A stretch of DNA of 64,000 bases. Source: Deltaproteobacteria bacterium. Lineage in GTDB: Bacteria; SAR324; NAC60-12. Under the pieces are notes generated by a model. The model made no database searches. It saw nothing but the letters and a program-made list of their open reading frames with translations, and was not told the origin of the DNA. How positions within the stretch are numbered: position 1 is the first letter of the stretch; every line of letters starts with the position of its first letter. Shown here piece by piece: positions 63,339 to 64,000 of the stretch. The DNA is taken from the NCBI GenBank assembly GCA_038150265.1, contig JAYOTF010000001.1:32665-96664 (forward strand). Reading direction: 5' to 3'. The translations under genes and the position numbers were made by a program.

Positions 63339-64000
63339 TCTTCACCATCTTCCGCAACCGGTTCGGCTTCCTCACTCACTGGAAGCAGGCTGTGCCGCTC
63401 GCGCACCAATCGCTCCAGTTCTTCTGAAATCTCAGAGTGTTCCTCCAGAAACCGGATGGCGTTGTCTCGGCCTTGCCCAAGACGCTCCTTGTTGTAGGAA
63501 AACCACGTTCCGCTCTTCTGAACCAGTTCCAGCGCCACGGCATAATCCAGCAGCACTCCAAACTGAGAGATGCCCTTTCCGTAAATCAGGTCAAACTCTG
63601 CAGACCGGAAAGGCGGGGCCAGCTTGTTCTTGACCACCTTCACCTTCACCCGGTGCCCCTGCACCTCGTCGCCCTGCTTGATCTGAGTGGTCTTGCGGAC
63701 GTCCAGGCGAATGCTTGAGTAAAACTTCAGGGCCTGGCCACCGGTCGTTGTTTCCGGATTGCCAAACACCACGCCAATCTTTGACCGCAACTGGTTGATA
63801 AAGATGAAGATTGTGTGGGATTTAGAGACCGACCCTGTCAGCTTCCGGAGGGCCTGTGACATCAAGCGGGCATGCAGGCCCATGTGGGAGTCGCCCATGT
63901 CGCCGTCCAACTCGTTCTTGGGCACCAACGCGGCCACCGAGTCCACCACCACAATGTCCGCCTTACCAATCCGGACCATCTGTTCTGCAATCTCCAGGGC
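63335..64000 (-). CDS. recA: Recombinase RecA, 5'-truncated by window edge
   Basis: [46 protein letters not shown] and KNKLAPPF; frame open to base 64000. Confidence 0.98.
   Translation of the reverse strand, partial: ALEIAEQMVRIGKADIVVVDSVAALVPKNELDGDMGDSHMGLHARLMSQALRKLTGSVSKSHTIFIFINQLRSKIGVVFGNPETTTGGQALKFYSSIRLDVRKTTQIKQGDEVQGHRVKVKVVKNKLAPPFRSAEFDLIYGKGISQFGVLLDYAVALELVQKSGTWFSYNKERLGQGRDNAIRFLEEHSEISEELERLVRERHSLLPVSEEAEPVAEDGEE

Larger units (their letters stand above)
111..63759. repeat. Dispersed highly iterated palindrome TCCGGA (HIP-like)
   Basis: Hand counts: 9 copies in 1-2040, 20 in pepN (about 2.7 kb) and 8 in the CoxL-like gene (2.3 kb). Roughly 1 per 3 kb is expected from base composition. 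Confidence 0.85.

Noticed and set aside
1..64000. CRISPR arrays, tRNA/rRNA genes, IS elements
   Set aside because: Intergenic gaps are short, and I saw no regularly spaced direct repeats, cloverleaf signatures or transposase motifs by eye.

Overview
A gene-dense, high-GC (about 62% by eye) bacterial chromosome segment with 57 CDSs, two of them truncated by the window edges. I saw no rRNA, tRNA, CRISPR array, integrase or transposase. The gene content suggests a diderm, flagellated, deltaproteobacterium-like organism, possibly SAR324-like; this is inference only. Housekeeping genes include epmA, lnt, mgtE, pepA, nei, pepN, mltG, cysK, modABC, flgFGAH, tilS, menFDB, fliG, carA, aroB, cyaY, rlmE, glmS, cmk, mnmH and recA. 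An accessory-looking block at about 14.9-26.3 kb encodes secreted and outer-membrane proteins, an orphan CoxL-like molybdoenzyme subunit and a two-component pair. The strongest signal not explained by the genes is a highly iterated palindrome, TCCGGA. By hand count it occurs about once per 135-300 bp in most genes, against roughly once per 3 kb expected, in all three codon frames, and it resembles cyanobacterial HIP1. Other notable items are a 1280-aa divergent class I adenylate cyclase-like nucleotidyltransferase with a large insertion next to flagellar genes, a response regulator with a ChiS-family DNA-binding domain, a RadC fused to an EndoIII-like 4-Cys motif, a FecR gene whose signal peptide needs an ATT start, a perfect 9-2-9 palindrome upstream of a lone Fe(III)-binding protein, and a degenerate archaeal-type GlmU with an extended GlmM-like mutase. 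All homology calls come from motif recognition by eye and all counts are manual.
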